A DNA stretch of 63,490 nt, filler included, from Octopus bimaculoides (Eukaryota), in NCBI RefSeq assembly GCF_001194135.2. It is 6 parts of 6 records of this genome, joined end to end, with 100 filler letters (N's around TTAATTAATTAA, not from the genome) between each part and the next. Parts side by side here need not be neighbours in the genome. Positions count along the whole stretch, not along the records: positions 1 to 24,691 come from NC_069005.1; 5 more parts are not named here. One strand, written 5' to 3'. Position 1 is the stretch's first letter, and every line of letters begins with the position of its first letter. Made by a program: the position numbers and the translations under genes. The notes under the pieces are model-generated. The model saw only the letters and a program-made list of their open reading frames with translations, ran no database searches and was not told the origin of the DNA. Positions 1-11,193 of this stretch are shown here, piece by piece.

Positions 1-22
1 ATGATGATGATGATGATGATGA
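1..22 (+). repeat. (ATG)n microsatellite, truncated by window edge
   Basis: Direct reading of the sequence. Confidence 0.95.
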
Positions 23-26
23 CATA

Positions 27-600
27 CAGGGTGTTCAGACTAAATTTCCTGTTTTGCATCTCCTTTTTTCAGGAACAGCTTAATGTATTGGTGAACAGTC
101 AAGTGGCACTGGAGTCCTTAAAGATTAAGGTTGTAGTTGAGAAAAAGTTAGCTAACATGGCGGACTAGAAACTATCTGAATATTAGTTTCGAATTTTGAC
201 CCAAGGCCAGCAATTTCAGGGGAGAGGTAAGTCAATTACATTGACCCCAGTGCTCAACTGATACTTATTTTATTGACCTTGAAAGAATGGAAGGCAAAGC
301 TGACCCCGGTGGAATTTGAACTCAGAATGTAAAGACATCCCGTATGCTAATGATTCTACCAGCTCACTACCTTAAGCCATCTGAATATTGGAAAAGAGTT
401 ATTTCTATCATGATGATTCATGCCAGATGTCAAAATGCTGACATCATGACTGCAGTTCAATGCTCTGTGAATACTGTAAAAGCTGTAAGACATGACATGG
501 ATAGCTGTAATGGAAACTTTGAAATTGTGGCCAGTAGGAAGGGTCACAGCAAGCATTCTGACTGTGTTTGCATGCTGGAATTCATCCCTACTTTTTGAAC
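27..600 (+). mobile_element. Tc1/mariner (maT/DD37D-like) transposon 5' remnant, interrupted by a SINE
   Basis: Starts TA|CAGGGTG, a mariner-type terminus. ORF 344-598 (KRVISIMMIHARCQNADIMTAVQCSVNTVKAVRHDMDSCNGNFEIVASRKGHSKHSDC..EF) resembles the N-terminal HTH region of maT-like transposases. Similarity judged by eye. Confidence 0.55.
194..335 (-). mobile_element. SINE family B (MetaSINE-like core) fragment
   Basis: Reverse complement of the cctttcatcctttcggggtcgataaa..aagtaccag..ggggtcgat core and B-box (gagttcaaattcc) seen in the copies at 48000-48645. Confidence 0.8.
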
Positions 601-1289
601 AGAGCATTAGGTTCTCAATTCCCAAAAGTCAGGAAGATACTTTTGGTATGAAAGGTCTGAGAAAACCTTGCATGTCTTCTCATCTGGTGCCCATTGTCCC
701 CTAACTGTTACATTTTTTCCTCTAATGAGCAATACTCTCATATAAGCCTTGAGATTTGGAAGGGTTAATAAATGGCTAGGCTTGAAGAAATCTGAGCCCT
801 TTAGATGCAGTCTACAGTGTTTCTGTGTTAACTATTTTAATATTCTACATATATAAGCAGTAAGCATTCTAGAACTTTGAGGCGGCAGAGAAAGAGAGCA
901 AGCGAGAAGGGGTGATCGGGTTTGATGAAACCTTTGTTGTTTAGATGTAGTCTAGAATGTTTATATGTCTGACCATATCACTATTCTATATAAGTGACCC
1001 ATACTAGAGTAATTACTATTCTGTAAAGGGTTGTGAATTAATTAAAGCTTAAGTATTTTCTGGTCCTCAAGGCAAAAGTTTAGTCTTTGGAATGCAGTCT
1101 ATGCTGTTTGTAAAAGATCACGTATAAGTCTAGTCAGGGCAGTTTTATCAAGGGCTAAAAAGTTTCTTTTGAGTTCCCTTTCATCCTGTAAATATTAAAA
1201 TTCAAAACATACACACTTACATTTTTGCTTATGACAGCCCATCAAAGGTGATGACATTCCAAGACTTTCATCCTCCTCTGCCTCCACTA

Positions 1290-2030
1290 AATTGCTTCTC
1301 ATGGGAATGGATGTGGCTGACAAGACCAATATGAGATAAGCAGATCCTGTGGCACTGGGGGTACTGAAAGTAACCCCAAACATCAGCCACAGGGGTTGGG
1401 GACATCTCTTCCTCTTTTCATGCAGTCTCCTGTGTTCAGTTTCGAAGCACTTTGCTCCAACATCAGACAAAGACCTCCATGTCTTCTAATTAATAGCCAT
1501 GGGCTCCAACCAATTGGGAGGGTCGCTGCATAAAATGAGAGATTGCTTAAGATGATCATGTAAACAAAGTTTTGGCTGTCCATGAGGCCTACTTCAGAGC
1601 TCAATGTTGCTGAAGAGGACCATCTCTGGGTGTCAGATACTTGGCATCTGAATCACACAGTCAACCCAATGGAGAAGACGACAAAGGATGCAGGCCTCAG
1701 TGCTGTAGATACCGGCCCTTGGGAGAATTTTGGTACAAGGCACTTTGTCCTTCCACATGAAACCGCAGATACTCTGGAGTGATCTGATATGGAATTCAGT
1801 TGTCTGATCTGGTGTTCTTAGCACTTGTGCAGGAGGGTGGATACACAGAGAACTCAAATAATGATTTTTGTACTTGCTCTAAGGCTCTTGTTCTGAAAAA
1901 CTCGTTCACTGAGTCTCCTGAAAGATGCAGAGGCCAAATTGATCCTGAGATCTCAGTAAACTCTTGTGTATGATTGCGATGTACCCACTGTACCCCACCA
2001 CTCATAACCCTGTGTCTAGCCATATCACTA
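1290..2030 (-). mobile_element. Decayed RTE-clade LINE, ORF2 C-terminal region
   Basis: Minus-strand translation across stops: LRINLASASFRRLSERVFQNKSLRASTKI..VSTLL..FHIRSLQSICGFMWKDKVPCTKILPRAGIYSTEACILCRLLHWVDCVIQMP..EMVLFS..SRPHGQPKLCLHDHLKQSL..W.PMAIN*KTWRSL..GAKCFE. This is the typical RTE post-RT region. Confidence 0.88.
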
Positions 2031-2092
2031 TCCCAGATATGTAAGCAGCATTCATCAGCTCTATGGTATGTTGTCTAAATTTCAGGGAAATT

Positions 2093-2251
2093 GCTGCGTG
2101 GTTAAAAGTTTGCTTCCCAACCACATGGTTCCAGGTTCAGTCCTATTGTGTAGCACCTTGGACAAGTGTCTTCTACTATAGCCTCAGACTGACCAAAGCC
2201 TTGTGAGTGGAGTTTGTAGACAGAAACTGCAAGAAGCCTCTGTTTGTGTGT

Positions 2252-2291
<40 letters not shown>

Positions 2292-2518
2292 GTGTTCATG
2301 TCTGTGTTTGTCCCCCACCACTGCTTGACAACCAGTGTTGGTGTCTTTACATCCCCATAACTTAGCAAATTTGGCAAAAGAGATTGACAGAATAAGTACC
2401 AGGCATAACAAAGAAAAAAAATATACTAGGGTTGATTCATTTGACTAAAAAAATTCTTCAAGGCACTGCTCCAGTATGACCACAGTCAAATGGCTGAAAG
2501 CAGTAAAAGATAAAAGAT
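2093..2518 (+). mobile_element. SINE family A (tRNA-like head, internal (GT)n), near full length, CpG-decayed
   Basis: A-box-like start, B-box ggttcagtcc, body ccaaagccttgtgagtgga..gaaactg.aagaagcc, tail aaggc..tgctccag.atg.cc.cagtcaaatg.ctgaaa..agtaaaaga. Homologous to 34993-35373. Confidence 0.9.
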
Positions 2519-3041
2519 ATCTCTAGATTTACATTTGAAATCCCATTGATATATGCCTCACCACTTTCATGGATTGATTCTTATCTACTGTGATTAAAAT
2601 GATCAGTCAGTGCAACATGAGGTGGTATATGTTTTGTGAACATACCTGACATGTTCAGCATATAGAGAATTTAAAATATTCCCATTGATGCAGGTTAGCT
2701 GCTATTCTGCCACAATCTGGCTTCAGCCTGTATGTATGTGTCCACTGATTTCTTGTTAGATGATAGAAACCAGACATTAATTCGGTGAAGTCCCCAACTA
2801 CATCCCATCACTGGGAGAATGTTCTCTCCATTTGTCTCTTTGAGTTTTCTTAATGCTGAAATTTTTTTTCTATTTCTGATATAGAACTAGGGCTATTGTC
2901 AATTATGTTCTTAACCAGTAGTAGTCTATAGCATATAACAACTTGCCCTAGTAGTCTATTTTTGATGCTCATCTCCTCATTGGTCACAGAAGCCACCAGA
3001 AGCAACGTCATAACATGATACAAACTTTAAAACCTCTAAAT

Positions 3042-3316
3042 CAGGGGTTTTCAAACTTTTTGACTTGCGGATCCCTTCATATTTCAGGTTTTACCTTAGG
3101 GACCCCCTTATAAACGCTTATGAAATTTATACATAAATATTTGCTTAGAATGACATATATTTTTACATTTATTTATTTAACAGTATTTAACAAATAGGTT
3201 TATTGTCAATTAAAAGATTTCGATTAAAAAACATATATAAAATCAAATTGCCCATAAAAAGTATTTGCTGTCCACGGACCCCCTGTGGTCCGTGGACCAC
3301 AGTTTGAAAACCACTG
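3042..3316. mobile_element. hAT (Charlie-like) MITE, 275 bp
   Basis: TIRs caggggttttcaaact / agtttgaaaaccactg (15/16 match). Perfect 8-bp TSD ctctaaat at 3034-3041 and 3317-3324. Confidence 0.93.
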
Positions 3317-4387
3317 CTCTAAATAAGTCAAAAGGAACAGCAACTGTTACATTCTGATTCAACCTTTTTTTTTTTACCTCAGAAGGTTGGAAAACAAAGT
3401 TAATGTCAATGAAATTTTGAACTCAGAATATAAAAGGACTTAACTAAATACTGCAAATCATTTTGTCACTACCATATCATTTCTAGTAAATTTTTAAAGT
3501 TCAACCACACCAATAAACACTAGTCTCTCTCCCACACCACAAGCCAAACAATGAAAAAAAAACATTTACTCACCTTCCATGCGAATGAATTCTTTGAATT
3601 GATTTACAATTAGGGAGTTATTTGAGTTATTGCTTTTGTTGCAATAGTGGTTGTAGTAGTTGTTCTTGGTTGTTGTTTGGTTCTCGGTTAGTCCCGATCC
3701 AACATTATCACAGACATTCAAGTTGTAACACCCTCATCATATGGCAGTGTATGTGTAGGATGACATTATTCAATGTGGTCTTCTCATCTCAATGTAGTAG
3801 ATGTGTGATCAGAGGGGAAATTTGATTGCAATTTCTAGTATAAATATTATTTATTTGATTGAATTGTGTAAAGCCATATATCTTCTTATGCCAGCTGTGA
3901 ACTCACCAACAAACAAACATCTAACTTGCTCATCTTCTCATTAAACAGATGGTTCAGTCATCAAAGAAATCAATAAATAGAAACTTTTGTTGTAATTTTA
4001 AAAGCATACAACTTCCGCTTGATAGTGTCACATTAGCATATGGTAAAATATTGTTATTTTAATGCACATTCATACATATATATTTAGATACATTATAGAC
4101 ACATCAAGGAAAATTCAATAATTAGCATATGAAATATATTTATGTACAGGCACACATATAATCACAGATACAGCATAACCATATGAAGCACATTTGCTCA
4201 TGCACACACACACATACACACAGATATATCACAGAGACACATAGCAGATCAATATTTACAATTTAAGACACATAATAAGTACTTTCAGGAAGATCAACAT
4301 ACACATGTGACATACACACTTAGATACATCACGAATATGTTATCATGTGTCAACAAACACATGTAACACATCTTTTGTAAATCTGAC

Positions 4388-4845
4388 AGAAAATACAATG
4401 GCTTGGTTGAACTCTTTGTAAAAACAATGGATTTGAGGCAACATGCCTTCTTGTAGAGACAGGTGTTAGAGGATTTGTTGGAACTAGGGTTCAGTCGATG
4501 TTCAGAAGTCTTGAACTAGCTGTAAAGGAGAGAAAAAAATGTTGCCAGGAAATCCTCAGAAGCTATTAAGAAAACAAGTCATTATATCTGACTCCAAAGA
4601 GAGGCCGAGCGGCACAGCAAGAATGAGCATTGAGGACAATAGAAACACTTTGCTGAGAGTGACAACATCTGACTCAACAAAGCTTGTGCACTTGCATAGA
4701 AGTTTTTTCAGCTACATCTGTGGATTGCCTCAGATAGCTGTGGTGTTGTGGTGAAAGGGAGCCGAAGCACAGAACTGTTTCACTGCCTGATGTGCCATCA
4801 ACTCCTGCATTCAGAGATGGAGTACAGCAGAACCTTCAGCATGTA
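4388..4845 (+). mobile_element. 3' remnant of REL-endonuclease non-LTR retrotransposon (HERO-like)
   Basis: Frameshifted translation RKYNGLVEL/CKNNGFEATCLLVETGVRGFVGTRVQSMFRSLELAVKERKKCCQEI/SEAIKKTSHYI*LQR matches the K.Y..LVE.C...G......VE.G.RGF C-terminal pattern of HERO/R2-type elements. A putative 3'UTR follows. Confidence 0.7.
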
Positions 4846-5241
4846 AGTATTCACCTCATACTCCAAAGCCTAGACTAAAAAACAACACCATAAAGTTTTA
4901 GTCCAAGATCATCCATGATTAAATAGATCTCATAGATTACTGTATGTACACTGGATTATCGAGACAAAGCATGATACATACAATGGCATCTGTCTGTGTC
5001 ATTACTAATTAGTACACTATACTGCATAACTGACATCTACTTCAGTCATTTCCAAATGATACACAGGATATTATTACTATCATTATGACAATTGTAAGCA
5101 GACCACTGTTGTATGTACAGTCATGCATCTCAATCATTAGTAACTAACACATTATATATAACATTATATTATCATTATAACTAATACATTATTTACATTA
5201 TTTACATTTGTCGGATATTTGTCCTCATCTTGTTTGTTGTT

Positions 5242-5287
5242 AACACAACGTTTCGGCTGATATACCCTCCAGCCTTCGTCAGGTGTC
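5242..5287 (-). ncRNA. Minimal type I hammerhead ribozyme motif
   Basis: Minus strand reads GACAC-CUGACGA-A-GGCUG-GAGGGUAUAU-CAGCC-GAA-ACGU-U-GUGUU. Stem I GACAC/GUGUU, stem II GGCUG/CAGCC, palindromic ACGU stem III, GUU cleavage triplet. Confidence 0.78.
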
Positions 5288-5294
5288 TTGGGTT

Positions 5295-6029
5295 ATGACC
5301 AAAAACTGCGTGTACTCCATCCCATGCAGCTGTGGTAGATTATACAAAGGCGAAACATGTCGCCCCCTCAAAATAAGGGTAGAAGAACATCGCAAAGCTG
5401 TGACACGAGGAGATATTGATAAATCGGGTATAGCTGATCATGTATGGAAAAATGGAAACCACCTCCCCCTGTGGGACGAAGTTAAAATAATAGACAGGGA
5501 ACAACACTGGAAAATATGAAAACTAAAAGAAGCAGCACATATGCTAGGACACNNNNNNNNNNNNNNNNNNNNNNNNNNNNNNNNNNNNNNNNNNNNNNNN
5601 NNNNNNNNNNNNNNNNNNNNNNNNNNNNNNNNNNNNNNNNNNNNNNNNNNNNNNNNNNNNNNNNNNNNNNNNNNNNNNNNNNNNNNNNNNNNNNNNNNNN
5701 NNNNNNNNNNNNNNNNNNNNNNNNNNNNNNNNNNNNNNNNNNNNNNNNNNNNNNNNNNNNNNNNNNNNNNNNNNNNNNNNNNNNNNNNNNNNNNNNNNNN
5801 NNNNNNNNNNNNNNNNNNNNNNNNNNNNNNNNNNNNNNNNNNNNNNNNNNNNNNNNNNNNNNNNNNNNNNNNNNNNNNNNNNNNNNNNNNNNNNNNNNNN
5901 NNNNNNNNNNNNNNNNNNNNNNNNNNNNNNNNNNNNNNNNNNNNNNNNNNNNNNNNNNNNNNNNNNNNNNNNNNNNNNNNNATATGGGAACCGGTATTGA
6001 GGAAGGATAGAAAAATAATAGATTTATAA
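5295..6029 (+). pseudogene. Penelope GIY-YIG endonuclease domain (one premature stop, interrupted by N gap)
   Basis: KNCVYSIPCSCGRLYKGETCRPLKIRVEEHRKAVTRGDIDKSGIADHVWKNGNHLPLWDEVKIIDREQHWKI*KLKEAAHMLGH[gap]IWEPVLRKDRKIIDL*. The VY.IPC.CG..Y.GET.R....R..EH signature is present. Confidence 0.92.
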
Positions 6030-6058
6030 GCCTTAAAATTCACCCCATAATTGCCCAC

Positions 6059-6133
6059 GGGCATATGACGTAGTGGTTAAGAGCGCGGGCTACTAACCCC
6101 AAGGTTCCGAGTTCGATTCACGGCAGCGACCTG
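6059..6133 (+). promoter_or_regulatory. tRNA-like internal Pol III promoter (A and B boxes) inside the Penelope terminal repeat
   Basis: A-box tgacgtagtgg, anticodon-like arm ggg-CTACTAA-ccc, T-arm ccgag-TTCGATT-cacgg. No proper acceptor stem. Second copy at 58960-59032. Confidence 0.8.
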
Positions 6134-6416
6134 ATTAATAATAGTAGTAATAATAATAATAATAATAATAATATAATAATAATAGTAACATCGTTAGGAA
6201 TGAGAACCCAAGACACCTGACGAAGGCTGGAGGGTATATCAGCCGTTAACAACAAACAAGATGAGGACAAATATCCGACAAATGTAAATAATATAAATAA
6301 TTCCTCATCTCTTAAATATAGAACTGTATTATAACTAATGTATATCATTGTCATTGTTCTATGATGTCTGCTTCAGTCATTACCAAAGTCTATCTCATAG
6401 ACAACATTATTGACAA

Positions 6417-6739
6417 TCTATATATATAAAAATGAGAATGTGTGTGTGTCTGTCTTTCTGTCTGTCTGTGTGTGTGTGAATCCCTAAAACTCGAGAACTA
6501 CGCAACCAATTTCATTCAAATTTTACACAGTTGTGTTTTAGTCAAAAAAATTTTTTAACTTCTTGCAGAGTTCGAGCCCACGGCAACATAATATCTCCTC
6601 CACTATTTAAGTATTACGTGTCAAAAGTGAAACAAAAACACTCATGTCAAATACTTTCACTTTAAAAATGAAACTATTCCACTAACTGAAACAATCACAT
6701 TTCGATACTGTAATGACAGATACTTTCAGAGAGAGAGAA

Positions 6740-6776
<37 letters not shown>

Positions 6777-7468
6777 NNNNNNNNNNNNNNNNNNNNNNNN
6801 NNNNNNNNNNNNNNNNNNNNNNNNNNNNNNNNNNNNNNNNNNNNNNNNNNNNNNNNNNNNNNNNNNNNNNNNNNNNNNNNNNNNNNNNNNNNNNNNNNNN
6901 NNNNNNNNNNNNNNNNNNNNNNNNNNNNNNNNNNNNNNNNNNNNNNNNNNNNNNNNNNNNNNNNNNNNNNNNNNNNNNNNNNNNNNNNNNNNNNNNNNNN
7001 NNNNNNNNNNNNNNNNNNNNNNNNNNNNNNNNNNNNNNNNNNNNNNNNNNNNNNNNNNNNNNNNNNNNNNNNNNNNNNNNNNNNNNNNNNNNNNNNNNNN
7101 NNNNNNNNNNNNNNNNNNNNNNGCAATGTGGTGCATAAATTGTCAAGTAAATGAGACGCATCTTTGCCTCCACTGATTCACTTGCAAAGTGTTGAGTAAA
7201 ATTATTTCGTTGCAGACCTCCTTTGAGTCTTTTTATTATCACTGCGACACACATAGTCCCCAGTTGGTAACATTCATTTCAAGGCCTTCCTGGATGAGAG
7301 ACTGGCATTCCACTTAATGTCTATGTTCCATGCTGGCATGGATTGGAGAGTTATTAATGTAGAAATATGGTATCGTAGCTACTAACAGTTGAGGGTTGCG
7401 TAGTCTAGATGGCGTTTTTAGATTTCATTATTCTCTTTAACCCGGGCAAAGCCGGGTATTTCTGCTAG
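6417..7468 (+). mobile_element. Non-autonomous Helitron
   Basis: A|TC 5' end followed by tatatataaaaatgagaatg and (GT/GTCT)n. 3' hairpin cccgg-gcaaag-ccggg (7441-7456), then CTAG|T at 7465-7469. Internal gap 6778-7121. Confidence 0.85.
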
Positions 7469-7476
7469 TAATTAAT

Positions 7477-7627
7477 AATCACTATGAGTTTTCTACAAGC
7501 AGAAAAGCTACATTAAAAACAGAAAGATATTGTAACACTTGCAAATGATGTGGGATTTGAAGAAGTCATAAAAGATTATGTGATTGGGTTGCTAGTGTCC
7601 CACAGAAAAAGTTTATCAAACAAGGAC
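7477..7627 (+). mobile_element. Tigger/pogo transposase C-terminal fragment
   Basis: QKDIVTLANDVGFEEVIKDYVIGLLVSHRKSLSNKDL. Inverted homolog of ~8245-8400. Confidence 0.75.
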
Positions 7628-8029
7628 CTACCTGTTACACAATGATAGCTATCATTGTGTAGCAGGTAGGTCCTTGTCATTTATATACTGATACTTGTCT
7701 CAGTAACAACTGTAAAGGTGAACAAATATTATCTGAGAGAGAAACAGCTCTCACCTTATTATGTATTAGCCTGGATTTTCAACATTTTAAATAACTTACC
7801 ACAAAGTCAACATTATTTAAAGTGGTAGTTCTCAAGCTTTTATAGCTCAGCACCCACTGGCATTGGATCACCAAATGGCATTTTACAGACACCCCTTTGC
7901 AGATTGTTTTAATCTAACAGAAACTAATTTTGCATAGCAGCTTATTGTTGATATTTTCTTAAAGCATCTCATGCAACGTGCTTATCTTTAGGTATTTGCA
8001 TAGACTAGAGACTACATATTAAATTCTAA

Positions 8030-9510
8030 TGGAAATTACTTCATGTGAGGAACAGAGCTTATTATAAACTTCCCTTGCAAATTATATTACATTCACGATT
8101 AGGGTTGTTACCAGCAAATGACTTGCAGATTTTTCTCTATGAGTGTCAACCCCTTAGCAATATTCTCTGCAGTTAATTTAAGCAGAATTGGTGGGATTTC
8201 TGTATTTCTTATCTGTATTCTCAGCTTGTTCTTATTCCAATAGCATCAGCTCCTCATTCGATAAACTTTTTCTGTGGAACACCAGCAACTAATTCACATT
8301 ATATTTTATGACTTCTTCAAATCCTACATCATTTGCAAGTGTTACAATATTTTTTTGCTTTTGATGTAGATTTTCTGCTTGTGGAAAACTTGTAGTGATG
8401 GATACACCTTGGCCATATATTTTTCCAAATACCATTCAGTGCCAAGAAGTTTCACTTCATCCCATGACTCAGCTATGTTATCCACAGTATCCATTATGTT
8501 GAACTTCTTTCAGAAGTCTCTAACTGTAGGTTTATCCTCTCTATCAATTGTTTACATAACATTTTGAAGTTAGCTATTATATTCATTAGCTGAAGCAAAA
8601 AAGTTGTATTTTTGAGGATATATCCTGCATTTACATTATCAGAAAGCTCATTTAAGTCTACTGAGTGACTTGATGCAATGTCTAAAATGAGCAATGTTTT
8701 GTTGGAAATATGTTTCTTTACACAGTGGGACAAAAATAAACCATGGTTTGTAAAGATTTTTAGTTATCCATACCTTATTATTTGAAAGTCAAAGCAGAGG
8801 TAGATTAAACTTTGTGTAACCCTTGAAAGCTCTTGGATTTTCAGACTGACACACGAGTTGGGGATTTTCTTCCCAGAAGAAGCATCAGATGATGTTTGGA
8901 AGCTTTAAACTCTAGTGTTGATTTTCTCTTCAGAAATAAAATCATTGCAGGCATGAACTCCCATAAAAGTAGTTTAATCAGCATTGCATGCTTACTCTGG
9001 GGCGTAGACTCCTCTGACAATAATTTTTTGTCAGCTGCTGAGGATAATTAACTGCAGTTTTTGTATCAGTACTAGCAGCCTTATCATTGTGTAAATTCAA
9101 GCAATTCTTAAACCTTTCAAACCATCCTTTACAAAACAGGAAATGTTTTCCATTAGGAGTTTTACCTTTCTTTTTTGCAAATCATTCTAAAAACTTTTGG
9201 CTTTTGAAAATTACCATTATGCTTATCAGCACAATGTGTCAAATTTTATCCTTGATGCATACATCTAAGATCTGTGCCATATGAAGTATCACACTTGATC
9301 TATGAAAAACAAGGTCCAAGCAGTTATCAGCGTAACTTCTTGTGCATTTGACTTAATTTTCTCTCTGTTGCCATGTCTTGTTCATACTGTAGATGTTGCA
9401 AACTTTAATATTTTGACAATGTAGTTGATTTATTTTTCTCTTGTATCAAACCATTTTAACATATCAAGATTAATATCCAGTGTAATCCTTTTAGAATTCC
9501 TTATCTCACA
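8030..9510 (-). pseudogene. Decayed Tigger/pogo transposase
   Basis: N-terminal HTH (KRITLDINLDMLKWFD..FATSTV..REKIKSNAQ), DDE region (HCVKKHISNKTLLILDIASSHSVDLNELSDNV..NTTFLLQLM.IIANFK) and C-terminus (LTAENIAKGLTLIEKNLQ). Many stops and frameshifts. Confidence 0.85.
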
Positions 9511-11193
9511 ACAATATTTAGTTCCACTTGATGGCCTTTTCCAGGCATCATGAATTGTAGATAAATCCAACAACAGCAATAATCAACAATTACCCCACAA
9601 AAATATACAGTAAGTAATTTAGCACTAAGAAAGAACTGTTTTGTAAGAGTAAAAATTGTTTTAATCCTGTGGATATAAGAACAGAAATGATAAGATAAAA
9701 AGGTGAAAAAATGAAGTACTGTATGATTATATTCATTAAAGGGTTACCTGGTTCATGTGAAGTTCGTCCCTTGCACTTTCTTTGCACTTGAGTCATAAAA
9801 ACTACACACTCTATTCACACCCTTATTATGTTGACATACTACATATGTAGCTACAGACATTGCTATCATGATGATACTATTATTGTAGATACCAGATGGT
9901 GAGTTGGTAGTTGTGGCTGTCTTGGTAATGATGATGGTGGGTTATTATTAGTGTTAGTGGTGGTTATACTGTTCTTGTTAATTGCACTATTTTTATATTA
10001 TCCAGCAAGTTATATAGAAAGTTATTATTATGTTCATTGAATGTTGCTCCATTAATTTATCAGATGTACTGTTGTAAATATAAGGATGTAGGTTAATACA
10101 ATAGTTGAAAAGTCAATCAAACTTTAGTGTGATCATTGTCTACACATGCAACCTACCTGTGACACAGAAGAACTAGTCCTCCTCCTGAGACTGACATGCA
10201 ACAATGATCACTTAGATAACCATGATCTTAGTTGTTTCTTCTCCATTAGATTGATAAGAGGTAGACCCCCAACCATAACGTCTATGGTCAAGAAGACCCC
10301 TAAAGAGAGATTGAATGGGTAGACCAGAGCTATATGGACCCCCATAAACAATGGATCACACATGTGGTGGGTGCAAGTACCAAGACTACACTCAACATCC
10401 ACAAATATAGCAGAATGCATCAGGACTGTTTTTACATTTTCTCTTCTCACAAATAGCCATATTTCTGAAATACTAAACATATATTCAAGCCAGTTGTCAC
10501 CTGGGAAAAGTATTCTCAGAATAGTCAACAGTATAAAGTTAGCAAATGCAGATTTGTGATGGTAAAGTTGCGTAAAGAGCATGCATACCATGAAGTTCTT
10601 TTTACAGTTCTTTGACCATGCTTAACAAAAGTGACCTTGACCTATGTGACCTCAATTAAAACATTAAGAGCACATTGAAAATATCAATTTTCATAGGAAA
10701 TAATTCAACAAAACATGTCTCACCTGGTTTGTAATGATAGTCATTCTAAATCAAGCACAGTGTGGAAATATCTGCAGACAAATTCCACAAATACAAGACC
10801 TGTATGATGTCAAGAACCACAGAAACATGTTCCTTGACATCTAAATGAATAAAGGGCATGTCTGTCACAATGACATTTAAAACTGGTTAGATTGGAAGTA
10901 GTAAAAGCAGCTCAAGTTTTATGCTTTTTATTTACTGAAGATACTTAAACCATGACATTTGTTTTCACTTTTGTTGTTGCATTAACTTTAAATAATATTG
11001 AAAAACTATGTTTCCAAAGTTATGTCAAGTTCCATACAGGGATCTGCATTTGATGAAGCCAAATCAATTCTTAGAAATGATGACAAGACTGGAAATGTTG
11101 AAAAATAGGCATTTGAGTTTGTGTAAAATCTTGGCATGAAATAGCAAAATGGTTTTCACTTTTGAAATCAGCATTCTAAAATTACTATGAAAC

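Larger units (their letters stand above)
5186..6327 (+). mobile_element. 5'-truncated Penelope-like element with inverted partial terminal repeat
   Basis: GIY-YIG ORF end. Inverted repeat 5186-5294 vs 6205-6300. 12-bp TSD attataactaat at 5174-5185 and 6328-6339. Internal N gap 5553-5980. Confidence 0.92.

Noticed and set aside
3622-3830. Mucin or chitin-binding-like exon on the minus strand
   Set aside because: Stops in all frames and only a vague Thr-rich/Cys pattern.
6059-6133. tRNA gene (also 58960-59032)
   Set aside because: No acceptor stem, mismatched arms, unusual ACT anticodon position, and embedded in a repeat unit. Treated as a tRNA-derived head.
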